DNA of 64,000 nt from Candidatus Latescibacterota bacterium (GCA_965248755.1 OZ252149.1:1824001-1888000), one strand, 5' to 3'; counted from the first letter of the stretch, positions 41,247-52,095 are shown. Translations and numbers: made by a program. Notes: generated by a model not told the origin, from the sequence alone.

Positions 41247-42497
41247 TTAATTGAATCTTTCAGCCTTGAGTGGGATCAAGTCTATTTCCGGCGTCTCATC
41301 TGACACGATCTGGGAGACCATCTTTCCCGTAATAGGACCCAGCGTTACGCCTATCATGGCGTGACCTGCTGCGATAGTCAGATTCTGGAATGACTCGGTG
41401 CGTCCTATAATCGGCAGACCATCGGGAGTACAGGGACGCAGACCGCGCCAGATTTCGATGATCTCCAGGTCTTCTGTCCCGGAGATGTACTTAGGGGCAG
41501 CGCGCATGATGGCTTCCACGCGCCCGCGGTTTATCGAAAGGTCGAGGCCAGCCAATTCAAGCGTCCCGGCAAAGCGCAGCGTCTGGCCCATGGGAGTAAT
41601 TCCCACCCTGGCCTCGCCCATAAGAAGCGGGATTGTTGGACACGTCTCCGGGCGTACCACAGTTATGCTGTAACCCTTGGCGGCCTGAATGGACAGTTTG
41701 AGATCAAGATCTCTTGCAAGGACGGGCGACCACGAGCCGCCGGCCAAGACTACCTGATCCGGATGGAAGTCGCCGCGGGTCGTCTTGACAGTCGAAATCC
41801 TGCTGCCGGAAGTTTCAAACCCCAACACTTCGGTTGACGTCTTGAGGATGCCGCCTGCCTCTTCGACGACGCGGGCAAGACCCCGAACAAACTCAGCGGG
41901 GATGAGGTGAGCGTCCTGTTCAAAGAAGACCCCGCCGACGACGCCGGGAAGGAGACAGGGCTGCATCTTGAGAACCGTCTCTCCGTCCAGCAGCTCTGCC
42001 TTGAGTCCGATATCCTGAAGTAGATGGGCCTCCTCGATCCCCTCCTTGTAACCGTTCTCTGTACTGTAGACCATCAGCACGCCGTCTTGTGTAAAGCCGA
42101 ATTCCAACCCGTCAATTGCGGCCAATTCTGCGTAGAGTTCGAGGCTGGCCAGACTCATCTCTCCGATGATCGGCATGGTCTTTCGCATCGCCTTTTGGTT
42201 GCAGAACCCCCGAAACTTCCAGAGCCAGGAGAAGAGTTCAAGATCAAGGCGCGGCTTGATATAGAACGGGCTCTGGCTGTCGAACATCCACTTGAGTCCC
42301 TTGGACAATACCCCCGGCGCGGGAAGTGGCACGCTGTGGCTGGGGACTAAAAGCCCGGCGTTGCCGTAAGAACAGCCCGAGCAGATTTCGCCTTTGTCCA
42401 GGATCGTAACCTGCATGCCCTTCTGCATAAGATAGTAGGCCGAGCAGACGCCGATGACGCCGCCGCCGATTACGAGTATGTCTTCCTTTTTTGCCAT
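41247..42497 (-). CDS. D-amino acid dehydrogenase-like FAD oxidoreductase
   Basis: GGGVIG, CSYGNAG, AKGYS and WRGLRPCTPDG motifs. Confidence 0.88.
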   Translation of the reverse strand: MAKKEDILVIGGGVIGVCSAYYLMQKGMQVTILDKGEICSGCSYGNAGLLVPSHSVPLPAPGVLSKGLKWMFDSQSPFYIKPRLDLELFSWLWKFRGFCNQKAMRKTMPIIGEMSLASLELYAELAAIDGLEFGFTQDGVLMVYSTENGYKEGIEEAHLLQDIGLKAELLDGETVLKMQPCLLPGVVGGVFFEQDAHLIPAEFVRGLARVVEEAGGILKTSTEVLGFETSGSRISTVKTTRGDFHPDQVVLAGGSWSPVLARDLDLKLSIQAAKGYSITVVRPETCPTIPLLMGEARVGITPMGQTLRFAGTLELAGLDLSINRGRVEAIMRAAPKYISGTEDLEIIEIWRGLRPCTPDGLPIIGRTESFQNLTIAAGHAMIGVTLGPITGKMVSQIVSDETPEIDLIPLKAERFN

Positions 42498-42655
42498 AAC
42501 GCTCTATTTACCTCTTTCCTTGTCACCGCGTTGGGGAGCCCCGTACAGATTGAAGCAAGCGCAGTTTCTCTTCGACGCTGTCTGTGCGGCGCTCATATTG
42601 GGTCTCTGGCTTGATGGTCCTCCTATCCGATCGGCTGTTATTGATCTTAACTATC

Positions 42656-42955
42656 CTATCTCATCAAGATCAACTTCCTTGTCTGTACAAATCCATCCGT
42701 CTCCATCCGATACAGATAGCCTCCGCTGGCAAGACTCTTTCCGTTATTATCTTTGCCTTCCCAGACTATAGAATAACTGCCTGTATCCATCTCTCTATCT
42801 ACCAATGTCGCAACCTTCTGTCCCATTACATTATAGGCAGATATAGTAACGTGGCTTTGAACAGGAAGGTCGTAATGGATCACCGTCAGGGGGTTAAACG
42901 GATTCGGGTAGTTCTGGGGGAGACAATAGTCGTGGGCACCGCAGCAATGTCCTCT
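42656..42955 (-). pseudogene. Orphaned T9SS-type/FlgD-Ig C-terminal domain
   Basis: QNYPNPFNP...GQKVATLVD...LASGGYLYRM...RKL; no start codon or RBS of its own. Confidence 0.75.
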
Positions 42956-42957
42956 AT

Positions 42958-43905
42958 CTATTCGTTTCCGGCTATCTCTATGGATGCAATAGAGATCTCT
43001 GTTCTACTGTCAACCCCTGTTACCCAAAGACGTACGTATTCTATACGCGTCGAATCGGGCGCAGCGTTTTGGGACCTTATTGGGGGCGAATCCCACAGCG
43101 GGACCCTGAAGAGTCGCCATCCGTTGCTGTATGTGTCTTCAACCAAATATGGAGTAGTATCATCAGAAAGAGGGATAGAATAGTGATAATACGCGTTCCT
43201 TGAGTCCAAGAAGCTGTTGTTGTTTATATCTTCTGTATCGGGAATTATCCCCCTGTCCGAATCGTTCTTGCTGTCTTCTGTTCCGTTGATCTGTTCGTAG
43301 TTGTCTCTGCTGTCCGTATCCGAATCGTAGTGCCAGTTATCCCCATTGGGATCGGGATTAAGGACGGGATCGTATCCTGGCTCAGCTTCATCGGCAAGCC
43401 CGTCTATTCCAACATCTTCACCCACGTCCAGGACATTATTTCTGATCCCGGATATATCTCTGTCCTCAGTGTCCAGCCTTCCGTTAAAAATAACATCCTC
43501 AGATATATCTCCTAAATCTATGTTAAGCGTCCCTGCATCGCCCTTTACCCACACCTCTACAAACTTAGACCAGGAAAAGTCACTGCTTCCTAAGGGGAGC
43601 GCCCGCATAACCCCTCCCCAGCGCTCCTCAATCGGTCCTGATGCTGTATCTTGATAGGTAGCTTTTCCCTCAGGATCAAAATCCAACACCAGAATATCTG
43701 TTTTGTTCTCTCTGCTTGAGACCTCCTTGTTGGGCCATATCTCCCCGGTGTCCACTCTATCGAAGGGATTATACCATATCAACCTTCCTTGATTAGATTT
43801 GAAGTCCTCTATTTGCTGTGGATCATCAACTGGGGGGCTGGCCTGGGTCCATACAGATCTAGATATTCCGAAGTTCGTCATCCCTGCTATTGCTCGATTG
43901 CCCAT
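42958..43905 (-). CDS. SprA-like protein fragment (non-barrel segment)
   Basis: WTQASPP, LIWYN, WGGVMR, IDLGDISED, EDVGIDG, INGTE, PDTEDIN, GWRLFRVPL and EIAGNE motifs. Confidence 0.75.
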   Translation of the reverse strand: MGNRAIAGMTNFGISRSVWTQASPPVDDPQQIEDFKSNQGRLIWYNPFDRVDTGEIWPNKEVSSRENKTDILVLDFDPEGKATYQDTASGPIEERWGGVMRALPLGSSDFSWSKFVEVWVKGDAGTLNIDLGDISEDVIFNGRLDTEDRDISGIRNNVLDVGEDVGIDGLADEAEPGYDPVLNPDPNGDNWHYDSDTDSRDNYEQINGTEDSKNDSDRGIIPDTEDINNNSFLDSRNAYYHYSIPLSDDTTPYLVEDTYSNGWRLFRVPLWDSPPIRSQNAAPDSTRIEYVRLWVTGVDSRTEISIASIEIAGNE

Positions 43906-45034
43906 CCTGAATCTTTACCTCTACACTGTCCTGAATGTTTACCCCTATAAAGTACCTGCTGGCGTTCTGCCTTACTATCTGGTCTTGACTTTCGTATATT
44001 TGGGGGATCGTCTCCTCCAGCGGCGGTATATCAAGACCGTTATCCCTTGCCCAGTCGGGGTTTAAAGGATCAAAAGGCTGAAGGTCGGGGAATACCAATT
44101 CTCCTCTTTCGAGGTCTAGCGGGACGAAACGGAAGTTGCCTATCTGTATCTCCCCGAGATCCACAAGATTGTCAGATTGAGGATTATTATCTCTATCTTT
44201 AAGGTCTAATCCTAAAATCTTTATGTAGGGAACGCCGTTTTGCGAATCGTCCGGATCGTCCCCGGGGAGGTCCCTGAATACCCTGAGGTCGAATCCTTCG
44301 AGGGGTATCCTCCTTGCTCCAAGGTCGTAGACGTTTTTCCACTCAAGTTCCCAAGTTGTCTCCTGACCCGGGATCGGTCTTTGATTTTTTGCCTTTATCA
44401 GTTTTAATGTAAGTTCCTCGCCCAGAGTGGCATGCGTGTCCACGTCTCCAAAGGAGTCTGCCCTCTTCGTTTCGTAGGTCACAGCTACAACGTGGTAATC
44501 TCCTACGGAGCTGTTCAGAATTATGTATCCCAGCCTGGGGTCCAGGAAGTAGTCATTAGGGTCTATCTCGTGGAACTTGCCTCTGTGGAAATTCGTAGCA
44601 GTTTTTTGGAAATTGTTCGGGTTGAAGTCCTGTCCTCCATCCCAATAGTAAGCGAGTCCATCTATAGCTCTGTCCTGGGCATCGTTTTGCTGATTCTGGT
44701 CGTCTACAAAGACTCTCAAGTCGACTACCGAGTCAAGGGATTTGTATTCTTTATCCCGAAACCTATCTCTGTAGAGCAGATCCAGAAAGAAGTACTTATT
44801 CCTTACGTACTGGAAATCCCTTATAATATTTGATGATAGCTTTGAGGGCTCTGTAGGGGAATCAGAACCACATCCAGAAAGTAACGTGAGGATCAATATT
44901 GCAACAAAACTGATAACAGCATCTACAGTTACAAGGCTCTTGAGTCTACGATTCTGTCTTTCTACGTTCTTTAGTCGCTCCACTATGACCTGCAAGTGCG
45001 GCATCTGTAGTATCATAAATGTTTCTTGCCTCAT
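43859..45034 (-). CDS. Membrane-anchored or lipoprotein SprA-like fragment
   Basis: TM segment plus LSGC lipobox; IRDFQYVRNKYFFLD, LKLIK, WELEWKNVYDLG and GELVFPDLQPF motifs. Confidence 0.7.
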   Translation of the reverse strand: MRQETFMILQMPHLQVIVERLKNVERQNRRLKSLVTVDAVISFVAILILTLLSGCGSDSPTEPSKLSSNIIRDFQYVRNKYFFLDLLYRDRFRDKEYKSLDSVVDLRVFVDDQNQQNDAQDRAIDGLAYYWDGGQDFNPNNFQKTATNFHRGKFHEIDPNDYFLDPRLGYIILNSSVGDYHVVAVTYETKRADSFGDVDTHATLGEELTLKLIKAKNQRPIPGQETTWELEWKNVYDLGARRIPLEGFDLRVFRDLPGDDPDDSQNGVPYIKILGLDLKDRDNNPQSDNLVDLGEIQIGNFRFVPLDLERGELVFPDLQPFDPLNPDWARDNGLDIPPLEETIPQIYESQDQIVRQNASRYFIGVNIQDSVEVKIQDGQSSNSRDDELRNI

Positions 45035-45059
45035 CCATCTCTCTTATAGAGAAAGGATC

Positions 45060-45214
45060 CTACCGCATCAATACCAGCTTTCTTATTCGCACAAATCCGT
45101 CTGCTACCATACGATAGAAATAGACTCCGCTGGCAAGGCTCTCTCCGTTATGGTCTCTGCCATCCCAGGCTAGAGAAGAACGTAAGTCTCAGGAACGTCT
45201 GATGATAGTTATGC
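45060..45214 (-). pseudogene. Internally deleted CTD relic
   Basis: SSDVPETY*, then jumps to WDG...[10 protein letters not shown]...RKL. Confidence 0.7.
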
Positions 45215-46210
45215 CTACTCATTTATGGTAGCGGGGGTAGCAGAAAGATTAAACAACACTGATACAATATCGCTGCCACTATTAGCCACAGCCAGGTCAT
45301 TATCTCCATCCCCGTCTAAATCCGCACTGAATACTGAACTGGGATCATCCCCAGCGGTATAGTCCACCTTATGTGCAAATGTACCATCTCCGTTGTTCAA
45401 CAACGATGATACAGCACTGGGGAAGGTGAAGCCACTATTAGCCACAGCTATGTCGTTATCTCCATCGCCATCTAAATCTGCTATGAATACTGACGAGGGT
45501 TGCCATCCAGCGTCATAGTCCATCTTATATGCAAACGTACCGTCTCCATTATTCATCAACACTGACACAGTTTTGCCAGGATGATGAAAGCGGCCCCAAT
45601 TAGCCACAGCTAGGTCATTATCTCCATCGCCATCTAAATCCGCAATGAATACTGAACGGGGATTACGCCCAGTTTCATAGTCCACCTTATGTGCAAATGT
45701 CCCATCTCCGTTGTTCAATAACACTGATACACTGCTCCACAAAATAACCCTACTAAACTGATTAGCCACAGCTAGGTCATTATCTCCATCGCCATCTAAA
45801 TCCGCAATGAATACTGAACGGGGATTACGCCCAGTTTCATAGTCCACCTTATGTGCAAATGTCCCATCTCCGTTGTTCAATAACACTGATACGGTATTGC
45901 TGTGAAAATTAGCCACAGCCAGATCATTATCTCCATACCCATCTAAATCCGCTATAAAAACTGAACTACCCCCAGCATCATAGCTCCCGTTAGGCGTAAA
46001 TGTTCCACCCCCATCATTCAACAACACTGATACACCTATACCACTAGCCACAGCTAAGTCATTATCTCCATCTCCATCTAAATCAGCACTGAATACTGAT
46101 ACAGCGCAAACAACATAGTCAGTCCTGGGTCCGAAAAGACCCTGTGCATAGGCAGGCGAATTCAAAGTGACTAAGAGCCAGAATGCAATGAAAAAGGAGA
46201 TATTGAACAT
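45215..46210 (-). CDS. Secreted FG-GAP/VCBS repeat protein, CTD lost
   Basis: Signal peptide; ADLDGDGDNDLAVAN repeats. Confidence 0.88.
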   Translation of the reverse strand: MFNISFFIAFWLLVTLNSPAYAQGLFGPRTDYVVCAVSVFSADLDGDGDNDLAVASGIGVSVLLNDGGGTFTPNGSYDAGGSSVFIADLDGYGDNDLAVANFHSNTVSVLLNNGDGTFAHKVDYETGRNPRSVFIADLDGDGDNDLAVANQFSRVILWSSVSVLLNNGDGTFAHKVDYETGRNPRSVFIADLDGDGDNDLAVANWGRFHHPGKTVSVLMNNGDGTFAYKMDYDAGWQPSSVFIADLDGDGDNDIAVANSGFTFPSAVSSLLNNGDGTFAHKVDYTAGDDPSSVFSADLDGDGDNDLAVANSGSDIVSVLFNLSATPATINE

Positions 46211-46246
46211 AGTTCGAATCTTCTTTATTACAGGGCTACATGGGTT

Positions 46247-46400
46247 CACCGCATCAACACCAGCTTCCTTGTATGCACAAATCCATCCGTCTTCATCCGA
46301 TAGAGATAAACTCCGCTGGTAAGGCTCTTTTGATTGTCATCTTTGCCATGCCGGGCTAGAGAAGAACGTAAGTCTCAGGAACTTCTGATGATAGTTATGC
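46247..46400 (-). pseudogene. Internally deleted CTD relic
   Basis: Same lesions as 45060-45214. Confidence 0.7.
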
Positions 46401-47522
46401 CTACTCATTCATGGTAGCGGGGGTAGTGGACAGATTGATCAACACTGATACATTATCGCTCCAATAATTAGCCACAGCCAAGTCATTATCTCCATCTCCA
46501 TCTAAATCTGCACTGAATACTGATATGGGGCCATCCCCAGCGGTATAGTCCACCTTGGGTGCGAATATTCCATCTCCGTTGTTCAACAATATAGACACAA
46601 CATCAGGGCTGTTAAGATTAGCGACAGCCAGATCATTGTCACCATCTCCATCTAAATCAGCACTGAATACTGAATAGGGATCAACCCGAACAGTATAGTC
46701 CACTTTAGGTGCAAATGTACCGATCCCGTAATTCAACAACACTGAGACATTATTACCACCCCTATTTGCCACAGCCATATCGTTATCTCCGTCTCCATCT
46801 AGATCCACACTGAATACTGAATAGGGACCAACAGTATCATAGTCTACTTTAGGTGCAAATGTACCATTCCCGTTATTCAATAACACTGATACAGTATTGC
46901 TGTTAGAATTAGCCACAGCCAAGTCCTTGTCTCCATCTCCATCCAAATCTCCACAGAACACTGATGCGGAACCAGACCCAGCAGGATAGTCCACTTTAGG
47001 TGCAAATGTACCATTTCCCTTATTCAACAACACTGATACATTATTGCTGTTAAAATTAGCTACAGCCAAGTCCTTGTCTCCATCTAAATCTAAATCAGCA
47101 ATGAAGACTGACCAAGGATGCATGGCAGTGACATAGTCCACCTTGGGTGCGAATGTTCCATTTCCGTTGTTCATCAACACTGACACAGTATGGCTGTGAG
47201 CGTTAGCCACAGCCAAGTCATTATCTCCATCTCCATCTAAATCTGCACTGAATACTGAACTGGGAACAAGCCCAACACCATAGTTCACCTTATCCACAAA
47301 TGTCCCATCTCCATTATTTAACAACACTGATACATCATTGCTGCCACCATTAGCCACAGCTAAGTCATTGTCCCTATCTCCATCTAAGTCCGCAATGAAA
47401 ACGGATTCGGGACTATCCCCGGTAGGATAGCTGGTCGGAGACCCGAAAAGATCCTGTGCATAGCCAGACGTATTCAAAGTGACCAGCAGTGTCAGAACAG
47501 CGGATGAAATTATATGCGTCAT
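46401..47522 (-). CDS. Secreted FG-GAP/VCBS repeat protein, CTD lost
   Basis: Signal peptide ending YAQDLF; seven DLDGDGD repeats. Confidence 0.88.
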   Translation of the reverse strand: MTHIISSAVLTLLVTLNTSGYAQDLFGSPTSYPTGDSPESVFIADLDGDRDNDLAVANGGSNDVSVLLNNGDGTFVDKVNYGVGLVPSSVFSADLDGDGDNDLAVANAHSHTVSVLMNNGNGTFAPKVDYVTAMHPWSVFIADLDLDGDKDLAVANFNSNNVSVLLNKGNGTFAPKVDYPAGSGSASVFCGDLDGDGDKDLAVANSNSNTVSVLLNNGNGTFAPKVDYDTVGPYSVFSVDLDGDGDNDMAVANRGGNNVSVLLNYGIGTFAPKVDYTVRVDPYSVFSADLDGDGDNDLAVANLNSPDVVSILLNNGDGIFAPKVDYTAGDGPISVFSADLDGDGDNDLAVANYWSDNVSVLINLSTTPATMNE

Positions 47523-47643
47523 TTTGAGACGTCCTCTTTAGGATTGATATTGACTACTAATGGAATAACTACAATGAGAACCAAACATGCTGTGTAAAAA
47601 CCTCCTGCTTCGTAGTCTAGACGTTCACTACCACTGATGCAGG

Positions 47644-48288
47644 TCAAACGTCGACGGCCAATCGTTTTCTCAAACTCCTGATTATATTTAGGTGCGGTAG
47701 AAAGCGCCCTTTATGCCTCATATACCCACAATACTCGTCGCCGAACCTCTCTATTAGTTTTTCCTCCTCAATGGGGGTTCGAATAAGGAGCACAGTAAAG
47801 ACCAAGATGAGCATTAGCATGAAAAACCAATTTGCCGCCAGTAGACCAAACCCAATCCAAGACAAAATCCACACAGAATACAGTGGGTTCCGAACCCAGC
47901 GATAGGGTCCGGTTGTGACCAACGTATGTCGTTTTCTGGTTACAACGGTATCAGTTACATTCTTGCCAAGACTGCTAAAGACCCAGTAGAATAAGGGGAC
48001 GGATACAGCCCCTAGAATCACGCCAAACCAACGCAATACTGTGGGGATCTGCAAAGTAGACCATTGCATCCACGGCGGATAAACGATGTAAACCAATATA
48101 GAAATCCAGGCAGCAAGGCTAAAAAGTCTCAGCGCGATCAATAAGGGCAGACCTTCTTCTTTCCTCGAGAGTTTTTCTCCAGATTGAGCCGCCTTCCCAC
48201 GATAGTACACCCCGACCGATAAGCCTGAAATGAACAGTGTGATGACGATTGCCCTGAAGACGAGTTCGTGATTCACTTGGGTCCTCAC
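47644..48288 (-). CDS. Isoprenylcysteine carboxyl methyltransferase (ICMT)-like membrane protein
   Basis: LVTTGPYRWVRNPLY and EEEKLIERFGDEY motifs. Confidence 0.85.
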   Translation of the reverse strand: MRTQVNHELVFRAIVITLFISGLSVGVYYRGKAAQSGEKLSRKEEGLPLLIALRLFSLAAWISILVYIVYPPWMQWSTLQIPTVLRWFGVILGAVSVPLFYWVFSSLGKNVTDTVVTRKRHTLVTTGPYRWVRNPLYSVWILSWIGFGLLAANWFFMLMLILVFTVLLIRTPIEEEKLIERFGDEYCGYMRHKGRFLPHLNIIRSLRKRLAVDV

Positions 48289-48593
48289 ATCTTGAATGAT
48301 ATTTAAGAGGGAAGATACAACGGTCGGGAGTAGATGTCAATAGAGGATAGACAATTGGGAAAATGGTAAAGAGAATCCGGAAAAGCAAAAATTCCTTTGA
48401 TAACCGGTAGCCTCAAGTAGTACTGACCAACACAAAATACGTACAGGGAAATCTACACTGACGAAAACATCACAGTTATTGTTCAATCATAAACTATTGT
48501 CATCGATGCTTCAATCAGGGCTGTCTAAGCAATATTTAGATATTAGATTTATTTGATACCAATTTTGACTACTTCGCAGGGGGTTTATGGAGT

Positions 48594-51500
48594 CTATCTC
48601 ATCAATAACAGCTTCCTCGTCTTCACAAATCCACCCGTCTCCATCCGATAGAAATAGACTCCGCTGGCAAGGCTCTCTCCATTATTACCTTTGCCATCCC
48701 AGACTACGGAGTAGCTACCGGCTGATCTGTGACCATCCACCAATGTCGCAACCTTCTGTCCCATTAAATTGAAGATAGATATGCTAACGCGGCTTCCAAC
48801 AGGAAGATCGTAATGGATCACCGTCTCCGGGTTGAACGGATTTGGATAGTTCTGGAAGAGGGAGTATCCTGAAGGTATAGACATCTCTTCTGACTCGTCC
48901 ACAGCCGTGATCCTTTCAACCTCCCGAGTCATCAATCTCATATCGTCAAGGTAGAATGTCTCCTCCACCGCCCCAGCGATTGGGATCGACACTATGCGGC
49001 CTTCCCGGTTCGCTGGAACCTCTGAGATCGGGATAGACACCAACTGCCAGGTGTCCGGCTGTGGCACAATCCCCAGGCCGCTCAACTGCTTGCCCGCAAT
49101 AATAGGACTCTGCTCGGAAGCATTTCCCCCGTTGATGTAGAACTCCAGGTGGGTGTAGCCGAAGAAGGGATCAATCCCTCCAGGATCGTACAACAAATAT
49201 TTTATTGCCCCTAGCAACGAGATGGCGTGAGAGGCGCTGCCACTATGGACGAATTTTGAGGACGTCAGATCAGATTCGACTCTGATGGCTCTGCCAAGCT
49301 CAACCGTCCATCCAGGTTCGATCCCATCCCTGTAAATCCATAGATCATCTGAGGGAAAGAGCTCGACCTTGCTCTTTGCAAAGACCCTGCTTGAAGCGGT
49401 GTCCTCGACAGTAATTTTTAGGGTATTCTCTCTCGTAAATCCCCTGGGTACCAAACTAACCGAAGCAGTGAAGATCCCATCGCCAAAGACCTCATCCCTT
49501 CCAGTTCCGTCATCGTGCAAAGGGATTTCAACCCCACCACCTATCGGGCTTAAATCCACAGTGACTTTGACCGGACCTCCATCGTCCCTTGAAGGGGAGA
49601 CCTTTGCAGCGATGGTCATATCAGTTTCAACACCCACGTGCACATCAGGAGGAGTTACCGAAACATCACGGCTGCGGACGAGGTAAGACGGCCTTCTGAA
49701 CCTGAGGATAAAAAGTCCATCATCTCTATCGCTGACGAAGACCAGATCCCCTGAGGGGAAGGAGCTCCAGGCCCCGCTGAATAACCCTCCAGAGTAGCTG
49801 TCGCTCAGGACGTAAAAGCCGACCTCTATGGGGTCCGTCGGATCAGAGACATCAACAACTCTGAAGCCGTCTTCATGGTTCCCTATGTATACAAGGTCGC
49901 CTTCCACAAGGATATTGTGGATCGAGACCCCTTCAACGGTACGGCTAGAGCTTTTATAACTGCCGACTTCTCTGGGATCGGAAAGGTCTCTTATGTCTAT
50001 AACTCGCATGAAGGCGCCAGGATACTCATCAGTTATAAAGACGAAATCCCCATTTGCAGAGGGTTCCACACTGTGCGTAGAGGCGTCAGGATAGGTGTAA
50101 GAGCCAATCTCCCTCGGGTTTTTGGGATCTGCAACATCCAGGATTCTAAGTCCAGCCCCCCAATATGCTAAATAGGCCCTGTCTCCTGAGACAGAGACGT
50201 CATGGAGGAAGCCACTAAAATCTAGCTCAAACTGTTCTGATCTAGGTAACTCCCAGTGTCCGATCTCGAAGGGCTGCTTCGGATTGGAGATATCCACTAT
50301 CCGGAGCTCGCCAAAATTGCTGACCAGATAGACGAGATTCCCCGCTATAAAGGAGTTGTGGACGCCAAATGGAAGGTTGCTTGTATATTTGGCCAGTTCC
50401 ACGGGGTTTGACGGGTCGGAGATATCCAGGATCTGGATCCCTCTCAGGCCGGCGTCCAAAGATAAAGAAGCCTCATTAGAGACAACAGCTAAGTTGCCTG
50501 AGACCTTAACGTCCCAGATTATGACCCTCTTAGAGACATTGATCCATATGACCTCCCCAGCTTTGCCCAGAGCCAAGCCAAAAGGGCCGGCAACCACGCC
50601 GCCAGTGGCCAAGGTGGTCAGGCCTCCGGTCTCCGGATCCAGTTTAAAGATCGCTCCTGTGGTGATGCCGAGCTCTTTGGGGTCGGCGTGGAGATCTGCA
50701 ATGATGATGGAACCATCATCATCCACCGCAAGACTTACAGGAGTGTGAAGGGGTGGACCAGACCTTAAAATCCTAACCTTACCTGTAGCCGGATCGATTC
50801 TGAGAATACTTGGCCGGAAGCCAAGAAAACCGGGGTCTATGCCGATTATAGCACCACTTGCATCAAGGGCTATAGCGCCTAAATCGGAGAAGTCACCCAG
50901 AAAATCCGACTCGGCTTCAACTACGGTGGTAAATTCTCCCGTGGCCGGGTCCAGCCTTATTAGCTTTCCCCCTTCATACTCTTCTGTCACTGGATTGAAG
51001 CCATCCGAATGCGAGATGAAGACGACTCCCGAGGAATCGACGGCAACCCCGTACGGGGAAGTGATGGAGGGATCTTTTAAAAGGGGGGTTACGGTTCCGG
51101 TCTCCGGGTCCACTTTAAAAAGACCCCGCTCTTTCCCCTGGCAGAGCTTGTAACTATAAGGGCGCCGGTCTCATCAATAGTTATGCCCAGAGGATGGATC
51201 AGGGGATCTCCCTTAACTACAGTCTTTATCTCCCCGGTCTCCAGGTCGACCCGTAAAATAGCTCCTTCTTGCTCTTTTACAGAGAAGGAAAAGGAGGACC
51301 TCCTGCCAAAATCCGCCACGAAGAGGGTACCGTTTCTGTCCAGAGCCACCCCGGCAGGGAATATCAAGGGTGTTCCTGTTGCGCGGAGAACGGTTTCACC
51401 CGAAATCCGATCCAAAGTGAAGACCCCTGCTGTATAGTTCGGAAAAGCGCCGACCTCTTTGGGGTTCGCAGGATCAGAGACATCTATAACCCGGAGGCCG

Positions 51501-51844
51501 TCGAAGGAGTTACCAAGATAGACATAGTTTCCGGAGACGTAAAGGTCCGCAAACCTCTCACGAGAATCGGGTTTGTAGCTGCCCACAAGCTCCGTGTTAT
51601 TGCTGCTCACCTGCGCGACAAGAGGCTTAAAGCGTTGGCTTTCCCCATAGTTTTGGTGCATCCTCTCACGATACCGAAGGTAGTTTTTGAGGAGCTCCCG
51701 CATCTCCGATCTATCCCCGATTGAGCCCCCGATTGACTGATCCCCGATAGATTCAATCGGGGAGGGTCGGGACTCAGCAAAGCTGGCTGAAACGGCCAGC
51801 AGGAATATCAGAGGTACTGCCCAAAGAGAAGTCAACTTCAACAT
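48594..51844 (-). CDS. Secreted LVIVD-repeat/beta-propeller protein with CTD, split by a frameshift near 51115
   Basis: ORFs 51089-51844 and 48594-51113 together align to the paralog at 52067-55288; two extra T in a T-run. Confidence 0.82.
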
Positions 51845-51863
51845 TAACGGCCTCCTGTTTATA

Positions 51864-52095
51864 AACAGCTTCTAATACGTTGACCCTACGTAATTACTTG
51901 CCTTTCTGCTGATGATCGTGCTCAAAAGCCCAGTCTTCAGGAGCATCTACAGTCCCTACCAAGCTGTCCAGGACTTCCCAGACACTCCACTATGACCTGT
52001 ACGTCCGGCATCTGTAGTATCATAAATGTTTCTTACGTCATCCATTTCTCTTATAGAGAAAGTATCCTACCGCAACAATAACAGCTTCCTCGTCT
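51864..52095. repeat. About 230-bp junction repeat, near-identical at about 55296-55527; partial copy at about 44980-45085
   Basis: Direct sequence comparison. Confidence 0.9.

Noticed and set aside
42958..46403. Stop-codon reassignment (TAG readthrough) suggested by several in-frame TAGs before CTD relics
   Set aside because: The TAGs come with TAA stops, deletions and frameshifts, and intact genes such as fdxA end in TAG at the expected position
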